The position numbers and the translations under genes are program-made. The notes beneath the pieces are model-generated. The model had not been told where the DNA came from. It worked only from the letters and a program-made list of their open reading frames with translations, and searched no databases. This document shows, piece by piece, positions 51,366 to 64,000 of a stretch of DNA of 64,000 nt. The DNA is from Auanema rhodensis (Eukaryota; Animalia; Nematoda): assembly GCA_964057225.1 (NCBI GenBank), contig OZ059899.1:14570001-14634000 (forward strand). The letters are read 5' to 3'. Position 1 is the first letter of the stretch. Each line of letters starts with the position of its first letter.

Positions 51366-52578
51366 ATTTTACGTTATATTCTCTCTCACCATTTACATTA
51401 CTTTTCTCTTTTTCTCTTTCAATCTTTATATTTATATTCTTTTTTTGTCTATATCAAAGTATATGTCGCACTTTTATTTCTAAACTTCCAATTCAGAATT
51501 TTCTCTAGACATAATTTTTTTTTCTTCCTCAACTGTTTTATGACATGAAAACTGCTATTTTACACTTTCTCACATGCCTAATTCTCCTATGTAACTTGTA
51601 ATCAAAACAATTTTTTTTATGTTATCATCATTCACTCCAATTTTCTTATAATTTTCTACTTGTTCTGCTAACTTTTCCTGCATTGCGTGTTTCCACGTAG
51701 CTATTAGCATAATAGATGCGTCAGAGATTACGCATTTCATTTTTGCGTTACGTTTTCGATACATACGGTTGCTTCTCATTTTCTATTCGTTCCCACGTTC
51801 TCCGAGCTCTTCGATCATCTCCTCTCTTCAATCTTCCTCAGTTTATGTCATCATCATCATCTTCTTCAGCTTCTTTTACTTCATTCTAACTTCCATTTAT
51901 TTATTTTATTCTATTTTTTCTTCACATTATTAAGCTTGTTCTTCTTGTTCACAACTTATTTTTAAGTTTTCATACCAATTATCATATTCTATCTGATAGA
52001 TAATGTTTAACGTAATATAGCAGTAGGAACAACGGCAGCAACAGCTCACAACCAACATCACCAAGCAAGCAAACGCCACAACCAAAACCACCACCACCAT
52101 CATCTATGTGTCCCTTATATAACAACTATTGCTCCCAAAAAGCATTGACCTTCCAGCCAAACGTTTCATTTTTCTAACCAAATATTAACCATTAACTTAT
52201 AGAATTATAGTTATTGCACTATTTCTCTTAATTTGAAATATAGTTATGTTTGTTCATATTTTGTTGATGAATTATTTTATTTTCTAAAATATTTATCTAT
52301 ATGTGTGTATATTGTATTGAATATTGATTATTTTTATATTATAAATATGAGATTTGTTGTGTGATTGTCACACTGATATTTGACACAGCTCTCTCTATTT
52401 CTCTCTCTCTCTCTCTCTTTTTTCTCTCTCTAGGTTTTTGTACTACCCTCTCTTTTTTGTAATTTTAAATTTAAAACTCATAGTCCTCAATATTTTTTTA
52501 CATTTTTTAATTTTCAGATGCCTAATGTAATTTCGTCGACATAAGAGGCTCTGTTGCACAACCTGAAAAGAAATAATA

Positions 52579-52680
52579 ATGCCGGAATCATGGTCCAAGG
52601 TATCATTTCGATCCGGTTCCATTCGGAAGTCGTCACTTTTCCGATCATCGTCAAGGAAATCCAGGGCATCGTCTCGAAAG
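52579..52680 (+). CDS. Probable first coding exon of a large gene continuing past the window (MPESWSKVSFRSGSIRKSSLFRSSSRKSRASSRK)
   Basis: Perfect TTTTCAG acceptor ending at 52517, a GC-richer exon, and AAG|GTGCGC donor followed by a T-rich intron; phase 0. A second frame (MVQGII...) is also open. Confidence 0.55.
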
Positions 52681-54794
52681 GTGCGCTCTTTTATTATTTT
52701 TTTTTTTTTTTGAAATTTTGAAGTGAATAATTGGAGGTGAAAGAGTTTTGTACCTATTTTGTCTTGCAGCGTATGTATGAAAATAATATTTTATTCTAGT
52801 TATTATATAATTATATTGGTCTATAATATTCTTCTCTTGATTTATTATTTATTTAATTGCCAATGCCTGTTCCCTTTTGTCGATGTTCTTCCTTTTTCTA
52901 CAGCTTGACGCTTGCTTGTGTGTTGAGGGAATGTGTTTTGTAGACGAAAAATAGAAGTTAACAGTTAAAGCTATATCTATGTGGTGCTCAAGTTATATTT
53001 GATAATCATTCTTAAGCTTTATTTACAACTTTATTAAGCCATATTATTCGGGAGCAGCTCTTAATCATGACTGGCTGTGATGATCTTCAATTTTGAATAA
53101 GGCTTAGATAAAATTTCACACATTACGTGTGCATTGTTCTTCAATGTTTCAGCTATCCTTACATAGCTTTACCCACGTTCATTCATATCAGTTTTGTTTG
53201 AATTTTCCTTATTCTCTCCTTCTTCAGGACTTTTTTTTCATTTTTTATGTTTGTTAGTTTGATGAAAGAAAAAAGCAGAAACACAATAAAAGGAAGGAAC
53301 ATTGAATACGAAATAAAGAGAAAGTTGATCTTCATGAGTCAAAGTATTCATATACTCGTCTCATCATTCGTCTATTTCTCTTATTGACTTTTTTCATTTT
53401 CTTTAGCTATCTTTCTTAAGGAATCAAACGATAAGAGAGAATGAATATAGAAGAGAGTATAAAGCATTTCTAATAGATGTTAACTGAATCTAAAAAGAAT
53501 GAAAAACAGGGAAGATGACAAGAAGTTTAGAAGAGAAGAAGCTAGAAAAAACTGCAGATGATGATGGTGAACAATAAACTCATTGAGAGAGATATAGCTA
53601 GAAAGAACTAATATTATTGAAATATGTGCAAGATTTTTTTTTTTATTCATCCTCATCTCATTCTCTTTCTATTTTTTGTAAACCGTTGAGCATATGGTTG
53701 CATGTAATTTTGCTTTCAATCTAGTAATAGCTCTATAGCATTGAGTTGTAGAATTTTAGAAGGGAAGTATAGAGGGAGGGAGAGAGAGGGAGCGAGGGAT
53801 GGAGAGAGAAAATAAAAAAGGAAAAAGACAATATATTTTTAAAAAATCTTTTTTTTTTGTTTCTTTTTTTATAATGTTCGTGTTTTCTGAAACACTTACT
53901 CAGCCGGAAACATACTACTCAGAAGCAAAGGAGAGACGAAACGAGGCGATTTCAATGATTTCAGAGGTCACTTCTTAAGAATTCAATGTGATCCATAATC
54001 TTTAAAAAAAAAGTTTTTTCCTCTTTCTTTACTATATTGTTCTTAAAAATCTCACAAGCTTACAAATCTTTACTTCCATTTAAAGAAATTTGAATGAAAA
54101 TCTATGAAGGGAGAACTAGTGGAACATTGTTCAGCAGACACAAGAATAAATAGGCTTGACTCGTTAAAGCTGAACCACTATTCTCATTGCAATTTTAAAA
54201 AAAGCTCGATCGTATTGGTAGAGGAATAGTTTACAGAGAAGCTGCAAGCCCAACATATAAATCGTAATACACAAACATTCATCTGGACTATACAGTTCAA
54301 GGCAATCAATCTGATCTTTTGGAACTTATCCTCCAATCTACTAATGCTTAATCAAATTGTATTGAAAAGAAAAAAGAAAACTGCAGTTTATGGGTCCTCC
54401 TATCAACATATAAATTGGTTTTCGGCATTCGAACAACAAACAAACACACACAAACACAAACACATAACAAGCATGTGAGGTTGCTCAATAGCTTACTATG
54501 ATGCTACTGATTCAGCTACTAGTATGGAAGATGAGAGGACAATGCTAATGGCAATATCGAGAGGGATAATAACAATGATAATGATAGTTTTGATGGGGGG
54601 ATAACGCCGCGTACAGCTTACAGCATCTTTAGCAAAGGATATAGACTTGACTCTTCGTAACAATTTTTCAGTAAAGACTTTATATTAAAACATAAAAGGG
54701 TTGCTGGTGCTGAATAATCTTATTTGGTCATCCTCTCCTTATGTTTTATGCAGTTATAAAGCGGATATGCAAACTGCAATAGATTCCTTAGCTA

Positions 54795-54797
<3 letters not shown>

Positions 54798-54852
<55 letters not shown>
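54798..54852. repeat. (CT)n microsatellite
   Basis: Long CT run. Confidence 0.95.
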
Positions 54853-56462
54853 ATTCGAAAATCAAGAGAAAAAGATTTCTTTGAAATAAAGCTCAAAGTG
54901 TGCATCTTTCTCAACACATATGATCATCGTACTACTTCCGCACAAGGTTTAGCAGACCAGAAGTGACGTATTCTTCGGTAATCAGAAGAAAGCAACAAAT
55001 TGTGTGGTCAGCTTAGGTTTTGTTGCACATGAAGGAATGATAGCCTTTTGTCTTTTTCACTTTTTAGATGTTTTGCAATCTTAAAAGCACGAGCTTACAG
55101 CTTGAAATTTGCTCTCAACATGAGAATTTAGCAAAATCGCTTATCTATGCAGACATTGGCGACAATTGGATCATATGTGAAGAACGTCAGGCTGTAAGAG
55201 CCTTGAAGCTTTGCTCCAACTCGTTAACAAACGGAAATGTGTGTCTATGTGGCGTTCTGTCCGTGATGTCAACTGGTATACTACACAAACACAGAGAGAC
55301 AGGCTAGAAAGCATGACAAGGGACACAAGAAACATTACCAAAAAGAAGACAATTTCTGGTAAATGAGAATTGAAAAGTGGTTCAAATAAGATATTTGATC
55401 TAATTGTTATAAGACTGTTGTTCACAGATAAATCTATATACTTTGAAATAGTTTAATACCTTCTATGAATTCGTAGAAGGTGTTAAGCTAAGATCAGCTG
55501 AAGATGTTACTCATCAATCTTCCAAATAACTTTGAACGATAAATACTTCTGAAAGTATAATCTGTATATTCGCCCCCTTCTTCTTCATCTGCTGTTTCGG
55601 TTTCTGTTCTTCGTCTCACTATCAATTACAGAATTTTGGAGGAAATTTTATCTTTCTGATAGAAAAAAGATAAGCTTCTATTATAAAATATATCACTGTT
55701 TTCAATGTATTATCACAAATTTATCTTATAAATTCGTCATCATGTTTATAGTATTCTTCGTTTTGCTTCTGAGTGCTTCTTAATATTCTTTTAAAATTTT
55801 TGTTCTCTCTCATCTTACCACCCAAAATTCTATTGCCATGCAATAATTTGCCACAAAATTGACTTGTCAGTGCAATTTTGTTATCGTTCGTGGCGAGAAC
55901 AAGCAGAAACAAATGAAAGAAGAAAAGAAATAACAGAAATACATTCTCCTATTATATCTCATCACCGGATATGGAATCGTCTTCTGTGTGATGTAGCATA
56001 TACAAGAAAAGAGGATGAGAGAACATGCCTGATGACGATCAGGTTTGTGCCGCCATAGTATGATGAAGCAGAAAATGATGACGACGACGAACAAGCTCTT
56101 GCCAATCTGCTTTGTGCAGCTTAATCATCAAGTCCAGCTTAGCTTCAGAAGAGTTGGAAAGCAAATTGTAATTGATTAAACATCATGCAAATGATATAGT
56201 TATTCTAACCGATTTAATCAGATTTTCTTTTATTTTTATTTAGAAAAATAAAAATACAAATGATGAAGTTCTTTCAAAAAGCTATTTCAACGAAATAAGT
56301 TGCTTGTATAGGATTTTTTTTGTGAAAAAAGTTTAGAATTGCATCTTATAAGGTCATTTGTTTGAATGAACTCAATTGAACTTAAACTCATCTAGTAAAT
56401 CTTTTTTCTATTTAAACTCATACATGATGTGAACTACTCCCCCCCCCCCCCCCCCCACGTAT

Positions 56463-56511
<49 letters not shown>

Positions 56512-57644
56512 TATATCTTTCTTTTTAAAAGCTTTATATCAAACTTTAAGAAGCTACAAAGCTTGGAGAGAACTAATTGAATTGGGAAAGCAATACAGAT
56601 CTTTATTCACCCCTCTATCTCCGTCTCTTTCTCGTATATGCTCTCTTGAAAGTTGCTGAAGAAAAGCTTAAACTCTAGCTATTCTTGGCTAAAAAGAACA
56701 ATAAAAAACAAAAAAAACTAAAATTTAATATCTATGTTTGGTTTGGCTTTCTTTTGGGGTTTCCCTGCAACTGCTTTGACTACTATCATGGATATCACCT
56801 ACAACAACGAACTACTACTAGTAGTATGTATGATACATATGTCGTGGAAAAAGTATGAATATTGAAAATAAATAGAATTATTCAAGATTTATTAGCAAAT
56901 TGATCTCTAATTCTTTATGATTTGAAGTAAAAAATAAAGAAAAAATAAGATTTTATATGTGAAATATGGAAATATTAAAGCGAAATTGAAATAATGTAAA
57001 CCATTGGAAATTGGAATAGATACATACATCTCTCTCTTTCTCTCTCTCTCTCTTAGTTGTCATTTCAACCATTTTTCTTAATTCATTTAATATTTTTTTT
57101 GATTTAAAATGAACTTTAGAATGCTATAAAGCTTGATTAAAAGGAATAACTTATACTAAACTTGAAGATCAATGTTTAACTGGATTTATAAACTAATTTC
57201 GTCTTGATTAATGGCTCAATTTAACATTGATTTTCATGTTAAAACCTGAATATTAAACCACACTAAAATATTATTTGAAGCATTTTCGTAAGAGGGTAAA
57301 TCTATAGTAATTTAAGTTTTTATTGTTTTTCTTTACCACCTACTTATCATTGAATCCTTAGGATGATGTTCTATTTCCAGATAATGCTTGTTAGGCATGT
57401 TGTGAACTTATGCACAAAGGTGCTTCATCACAGCTTAAGGATAAAGAGAGAGAGAGAGACAGAAAGAGAGAGAGCAATTCAGAGTTCAGGACCTCAGTAA
57501 TCTTTGAATGTTTCTGAATTGAAAAAGCTGAAGCTATATCTCTATAATCGATTATGCAACAGTTTTTATCGTTGTTTTAGTAAATATGAATGAAGATTTA
57601 TCATATCTACTTTTTCTTCCTTCCTCAGTACTTACAAGTTCTTC

Positions 57645-57647
<3 letters not shown>

Positions 57648-57697
<50 letters not shown>
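57648..57697. repeat. (CT)n microsatellite
   Basis: Long CT run. Confidence 0.95.
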
Positions 57698-57703
<6 letters not shown>

Positions 57704-58979
57704 CTCACTATTTCTATGTACTTCGACAACAATATCTACTCGGAAACAACTACATACATTGTGTAAAAATGAAATTGTTATTATAGTTTGTGGATGATGA
57801 TGATGATACTCTTAAAATCTTAAACAGCGGCTTAGCCAAAAATAGCAATTCACTCAAATCTTTTGACTATAACATACTTAAGCGATTGTACTATCAAAAA
57901 TTATATTCTAAAAGCATCGCACAAGAAGAAGGACAGCGTCTCCAACAACGACTTCGACAGAAGAAAAAGAAGAAGAAGAAGAAGAAGAAGACTTTCTTCT
58001 TATTCATTTGACTGTGTTATAAAGAAATTTCATACTATTGAAGACAATTAGGCAATACCATTCATCAGTATAAGATCGTATATATCTGGTTCAAAAAGGT
58101 CACATCACGTCAAACTGCCTGTTCTCTCTGAATTTCTACGAGCCTCTGGATACGACATTCATGGCCCTAACTTTTTCTTGGCTGCCAACTTAACTTCAAA
58201 TTGTGGGTATCGTTGAATGAGGGAGTGTATTGTAGTGAAAAATAGACAGAAAGTCCAATGAAATACTTATATATTCTCTTGAAATGTGCTTGTGATAGCA
58301 TTTGATTTGAAGCAATAAAAGGTCGTTTAACTTCTCATCAATCAGCTTGTTCTGTATGTGTGTGTGTGTGCTATAGCTGTTGTCTTCTTCATCTTCTTTG
58401 CACAATCCATCAAAGTTATAATCATCACTCTTTCATTTCTACTTGTTACCGTAAACATCATGTTCGAGAATGTTTCGAAGATTTTGCTGGACTCACTTGC
58501 ACATGCACAGACAATAGATACAACCGTTCGTCCTTCTCTTCTCTGAATTTGCACAAAATGAGCGTAAACAAGCTATGAGACTATGTTGCGTTGTGCTTGT
58601 CTCCATGCTTATAGCAAGAGGACCATTAACATCTCGGAACATAACAAGAAGGAAGTAATGATTGCAGTTGAATGTCTTATATAAGAGCAAAAAGATGATA
58701 TTATACAAGTTAAGCCTTATTACTTCTAAAATAAATTGTAGAAAGATACATGTATATACATATCTAACAAGCTATATATAGTATGAAAAGAGTATCGAGT
58801 GTACAGAAAATGGGGACTCAAAAACATGAAAGAGAAGCAGAAAGAATTACCTCAATAATGCTTGAAATTAAGTTTTTTCCAAGTTTTGTACAGGTGCTGA
58901 GAAGTTATTATTACTTATTCAATTATTAACAACTTCAGTATACAGTTTTTTGTATATTCTTTAGATAATTCCATCTCCT

Positions 58980-59018
<39 letters not shown>

Positions 59019-61544
59019 TTTCGTAAAACAAAAACATGTTCAATCTATACTCAATAGAAATACTAGCATAAATCTGCGTGAATGTACCGGGGACATTGGA
59101 AAAACTCAGATATCAACAATGTACTTACGAAACGTTGTCAAGATCTCCACAGTCGTCATGGCTTGCAATTCCTTCTTACATGAATTGCTGCACACGATAA
59201 TCGGCAGCCGAAACCGTCTAATTGCTACCCAGGATTATAGGTGAAAACGAGAAAAAAAACTTGTAATGTTTGTTTCTCTTTCAACGTCTTTCATCCATTT
59301 TTATGTCTCACACTCAACCGTTTTAACTTTATTTTACTGATGCCTTCAACGTACAATGCGGAACAAAAAAATATTTATAAAACCTGTTGGAAGGTTCTGA
59401 GGAGGACATACACACATACACATATACTCAAATGGAATGAAATCAGAGGACAGAGAGGGAGCTGCTAGCTGGCTCGAGCAACACCTAAAATGCAATTCGA
59501 TATGTTATCACAAAGGGCGAAAAGACTATGTATCATTTAGCTTAATGATTAAAGCTTTGAAATTTGATTTTACCTTGTTAGCTATGTAGATATGAATGAA
59601 CTTAGCTTCAGCTTCATATCTATTGTTTGAGCTATAATTGGCTTAAAACATAAAATAGAAATATATTTGATTTGAATATTAAATAGCTGTTAGAAATGCT
59701 ATAAGCTGCTGGATTTTTCTGGAAAATGTTGGCGGTCAAATCGGATAAATAGAACTAATTAGATGTCTGAGTTTAACTTTGCATTACATTTGAAATATGA
59801 TGATCATGAGTCGTTGGAACGCTTGTTTTCAGCCAAATGTCTTCTAACAATATTGAAGAAATGAACAAAGTTTGCCACAAAGTTTGAATTTTGCTGTTTG
59901 TAAATGAGCTGACGAAAAGCTGAACTGAATGAATCAGATGGAATGATGAGGTTATGCTGACACGGTTGAGGTTTAGTGAAATGATGTGATGCTATGCTAT
60001 GCTATACATGATTGGAGAACTGCTTCGGAAGTTGATTTATTGCTAAATATAATCGGGTTATGGAAGGACATAGTAAAGAAATAAGCAAATGCTCCGCTGC
60101 TGATTAACTGTATCCCAGCGAATGTGGCTATTCATGAGTTGCTGCTTTCTGTATATGAGAGTAAGAACATGGATAGAAGAACTCTTGTTCCTCATTCAAA
60201 TGGACGTAATTCATTTGCAGCAAGCATGCTTTGATTATTTTTCCATTCGCAAAGTTTTATGAAAACTTGCTTCTTCCCTCATTTTTCTTCTCAATGCCAC
60301 TTTCTTTAGTCCCATTTTCATGTTTTCCATGTCTATTTTCTCAATTAACTTCACTAAGCAATGCGGAACTTTTCAAATATTCTTGATTATTATGCTAATT
60401 ATGTTAGCAGTACACGTAAGTTGTGAAGCCAATGAAATAGCCATGAAACGCGCGTGAGATATTTGAATACGTCACGTGTAATTCAGATGATGATGGCCCA
60501 GTTTATGTCTCATTTTACTTTGTCCTGCTTGACAGATTGCTTGACCGGTTGCGCTGTCGTCTCTGGTGTGTTTTTTTTTCGGCTTTTCCTCCATCTTCTC
60601 GCTTCTCGTCTCTCGTGGACGTCGTCCATCTCTCGCATTTTCTTCCTTTTTTTCTACTTTTCAATCTTTTTTTCATTTATATTCATCAATTTTAATGAAA
60701 ATAAGACTTTTTATGTAATTGTAACTTGTATATATGCTTTTCCTCTATAACATCCAACACACTCTTGGGTATTTCAGAGCTCTGTTTTGTTGTTTTTTTA
60801 GAGACAAAACAGTATTTTACATTAGCTTATTGGATTATTTCGCTCATTCCTCTCTTCTCTTGTCTCCTCACCTTCTTTCTTCTCTTTTTATCTACTCCCC
60901 TCCTCTCTATCTTCCTATCTCTCTATCTATCGGTGCATCTCTCTATCTCATTTTGCTCTTTGAATCAAATTTTTGCATTCTATCTACAGACTTTAGTAAA
61001 TCATCTCATACGAACTAGTTTAGAACATTTTATTGGAGATTTTCGACAGTTTATCGTATTTCATATCCCTCTTATGTTATCTTGTTTTACACTACTGATT
61101 GTTGTTTCTCAATCATTTTCTTTAAATAATCGCATCTTTCTGAGCTTCATGATTCTTCTGCCCCTCCCCCCCCATCATCCTTCTTTCTGCGTGATCTTCG
61201 TCGATGTGTCGTTTTTCGAATCTTTTTGATTAAATTCAAAACATTGTGATTGAAAGCAAGATCACATAGTAGCTGTATGGAGTGTGGACGAATGATGAGA
61301 ATGAAAAAGTTGTTGAACATAGAATGAGTCATATATTCATGTTAAAGCAATCAAGATTTCTACTTGTTTTTGAGACATTTCAAACTAATTTTTAAGAAAT
61401 ATGAGCAAGAAAGGTGAGAAAAATAAAAAAAAAGTGATTTGAAGCAAACAAACATGTTAAAACAATACAAACAGTTTGGCATGGTATATGATGAAGAGAG
61501 AAAGCTTTTTTTGAAATATCTGGCAAAAGATAGATGGAGAGATA

Positions 61545-61557
61545 GAAAGAGAGAGAG

Positions 61558-61610
<53 letters not shown>

Positions 61611-61620
61611 GAAAGAGAGA
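61545..61620. repeat. (GA)n microsatellite
   Basis: Long interrupted GA run. Confidence 0.95.
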
Positions 61621-62243
61621 AATATAGAGAGACAAAACCTTGCAAGTATTTTTAAAACCTTTTGTAAGCACAAAATGAATAATTGATTTGAAAAAAATTT
61701 TTTTTGTTTCGGAGTTCTTTTGAACGGATGAATAGACATAGGGTTGATCTCAAATTGCCAATGGCTAAATTCACCGAAAATTTGCTTTTTTTCGATTTTT
61801 CTATCTATTCACAGTCAAATATATATAAGAATTTATTTAATTATCTATTCGTCCGTTATAAAATCATTTTTGGAAAAATCATAATGAATTAAGTAAAGTT
61901 CAAAACAACATATTTCGGGAATGTACTGAACCTCTCAGAACAGCTGGATGAAACAGCTTGATGAGCAGTGCAGCATGAATAAGTTGGAAGTTGCTTCATC
62001 CAACTTAATCTAATATATACTTTCAATTTCATTAATAATGAAGCAGGTACCTTTGCATGATTAGAAACATAGAATCTATCAATAAGGTCGTTGAGCTCTG
62101 CTACAATCTAATGTGGCTTTTGGCTTTATCTCTCTTGTGTGTGCTTGTGTTGAATCTCCTATAAACTGCTACACTGTCAGACAATCGTATATTGAAACAA
62201 AGAGAGAGATATAGAGAGAGAAAGAGGAGAGGGAAAGTGGAAA

Positions 62244-62248
<5 letters not shown>

Positions 62249-62287
<39 letters not shown>
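62249..62287. repeat. (GA)n microsatellite
   Basis: Perfect GA run. Confidence 0.95.
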
Positions 62288-62291
<4 letters not shown>

Positions 62292-63624
62292 TCACATCTC
62301 GTCTGTACGTTGCACGTTGTATCGTTTGTTACGTATAGTATTTCTTTGATCCAATGATGATTTTTCAAATTGCCATTAAACGCCTATCGAAGCCTATACT
62401 GGCTTGAAGGTGATAAGAGAGAAAGAAAGAAAAAGAAAATACAATAAAGAGAGGCAAAGAGAGAAAATAATATTATAAGAGATATGAATTGAAAATGAGA
62501 GAACAGAAAAATTGGTTTGACTGATTGAAGGTGGAGCGAAATTAAATTACTGAGGACTATCTGAATCTACATGCACTGAGCTTGTATGTATGAAGACCAC
62601 GCACAAGAAATAGAGCAGGAAGTTCAATTGTATTTTGCCTTTTCCCCACTCTCTTTTTCTCGTCTCGTCTCTCCGTGATCTCTCTCTCTCTCTCCCTCTC
62701 TCTCTTTATTTTTAAACTATTTAACAAAAAATATTTTTTTATTTAAAGAAGGTAAACTGTTTCCTATATCTATTCAGAGAAATCTATAGTTCGTTTTGAC
62801 TTTTTTGATGTTTTTTTATCTTCTTTCTCGTACTTGTTTTCTAAATATGGTCCCAATATGAACGCTTTTTCACATTCTCACTCTCTTCCTCTAACTTTCC
62901 CTCGTTTTTTTCATCATCAAACGGTCTGTTGTCTATTCTATCATCAAAATATCTAGCCAATACCATATAACTATGCCGTTTTTTTATATATATAATATGT
63001 ATATATTGTCAAACATTCTCCCCCCGATTTTTTCGGCCTCCCTCTTCACCTATTTTTCCTTTTTTTTTATTCTTTTTTCTCGTAACTTTCATGAGGCGTT
63101 GCAGTTTCATAACTCTTAAGCAATTCATTATTTCTATTATTATACTACCAATCTTACTTTTTCATTGTTATTTTTCTTTTTTTTGTTTCATTTTATGAAT
63201 TATTTTACTTCTCATCAGTTCTATTTAATAACCTTCCAACTCTCTCTCTCTCTCTCTCTCCCTCTCTCTCTCTCTCCCTTTCTCTCTTTATACTGCAATG
63301 CTACCCTTTCCGTCTAATTTCATTTCCATGTTTACTTGTTGTTCTTCTATTCATTATTCTATTCGAACTATATGTATTATCACCAAATATATGTATACGT
63401 GTTTCATCTTCCTTACCATTCTTCTTATTTCTTCTGCTCCTCCTCTTCTTCTTATATTTCTTCCGACTTCCCATTTTTGATATTTTCTTCCTTCCTTCCT
63501 TTTTTTCTGCTCAAAGCAACTATCTATCCAATATTTGCTTCTGTGCCCATCATTTCATCATTAATTTCAAATCACCTATCAATTCTACTATGTGATTATG
63601 TGTTTTGACTGATTATACATTAGA

Positions 63625-63705
63625 ATGCGGAATATACGACGGATCTCAAACCAATTCACGTTTCGAGGAGCCAACAAAAAATTCTTCGATGACATCATCA
63701 AGCTG
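63625..63705 (+). CDS. Probable alternative first coding exon (MRNIRRISNQFTFRGANKKFFDDIIKL)
   Basis: TTAG acceptor, ATG one nt later, 27 open codons and a consensus CTG|GTAAGT donor; phase 0. Confidence 0.55.
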
Positions 63706-64000
63706 GTAAGTTTAAATTCAAATTTATTTTAATTCTTGTGATTTCTACTCAAGCTCAAACTCAAACTCAAATCATATTTTCTCATTTTCAAATCATCTCA
63801 TTTGCATATTCTCACTTTTTCTATTCTCTCATATTCTTCTGCTATTCGATGCTTTCACTTCTAACATCTCGTTCCTGCTCTCGTGTACGGAGATAGCCAT
63901 GGGCTTTATTTTGAGAAATAGGATGACTACAAACTTGACGCATTGGACTAGATTTGAACTCTTTGTAGCATTTTTCAATAATTTTTTCTCTGTTCAGCAA

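Noticed and set aside
53068-53085. Minus-strand match to the start of miR-2 family miRNAs (ATCACAGCCAG)
   Set aside because: No complementary arm to form a precursor hairpin.
1-64000. Frequent AAGCTT/AGCT words; search for CRISPR arrays, transposases, rRNA and TTAGGC arrays
   Set aside because: The word excess looks modest and was not tested against a background model. None of the listed elements were seen.

Overview
This is AT-rich eukaryotic DNA from a rhabditid-type nematode. The assignment rests on 42-55 nt GT-AG introns with TTTCAG-type acceptors, trans-splice-like acceptors just before start codons, and operon-like spacing. The window has three zones. (1) 1-17.5 kb is (CT)n/(GA)n-rich and mostly non-coding; it holds a small four-TM TMEM272-like gene that the ORF track misses. 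(2) 17.7-49.3 kb is a compact multi-exon gene block: NTE/PNPLA6-7 (+), a TLDc protein (-), an INPP5E-like 5-phosphatase with an RFX X-box (+), then co-oriented Tom5-like microprotein, Tim8 (ddp-1), TTC7, Gemin2 (smi-1), GCN1 and GATB. (3) 49.3-64 kb is microsatellite-rich and carries probable alternative first exons of a gene that continues beyond the window. The most notable observations are: an intact DNALI1/p28 gene nested on the SAME strand inside a TTC7 intron, with its own poly(A) signal; a 51-aa Tom5-like microprotein directly upstream of Tim8; a probable non-canonical GT-CG intron in TTC7; and several frame-preserving microexons. All gene models were spliced by hand. Family assignments come from recalled motifs, not database searches.
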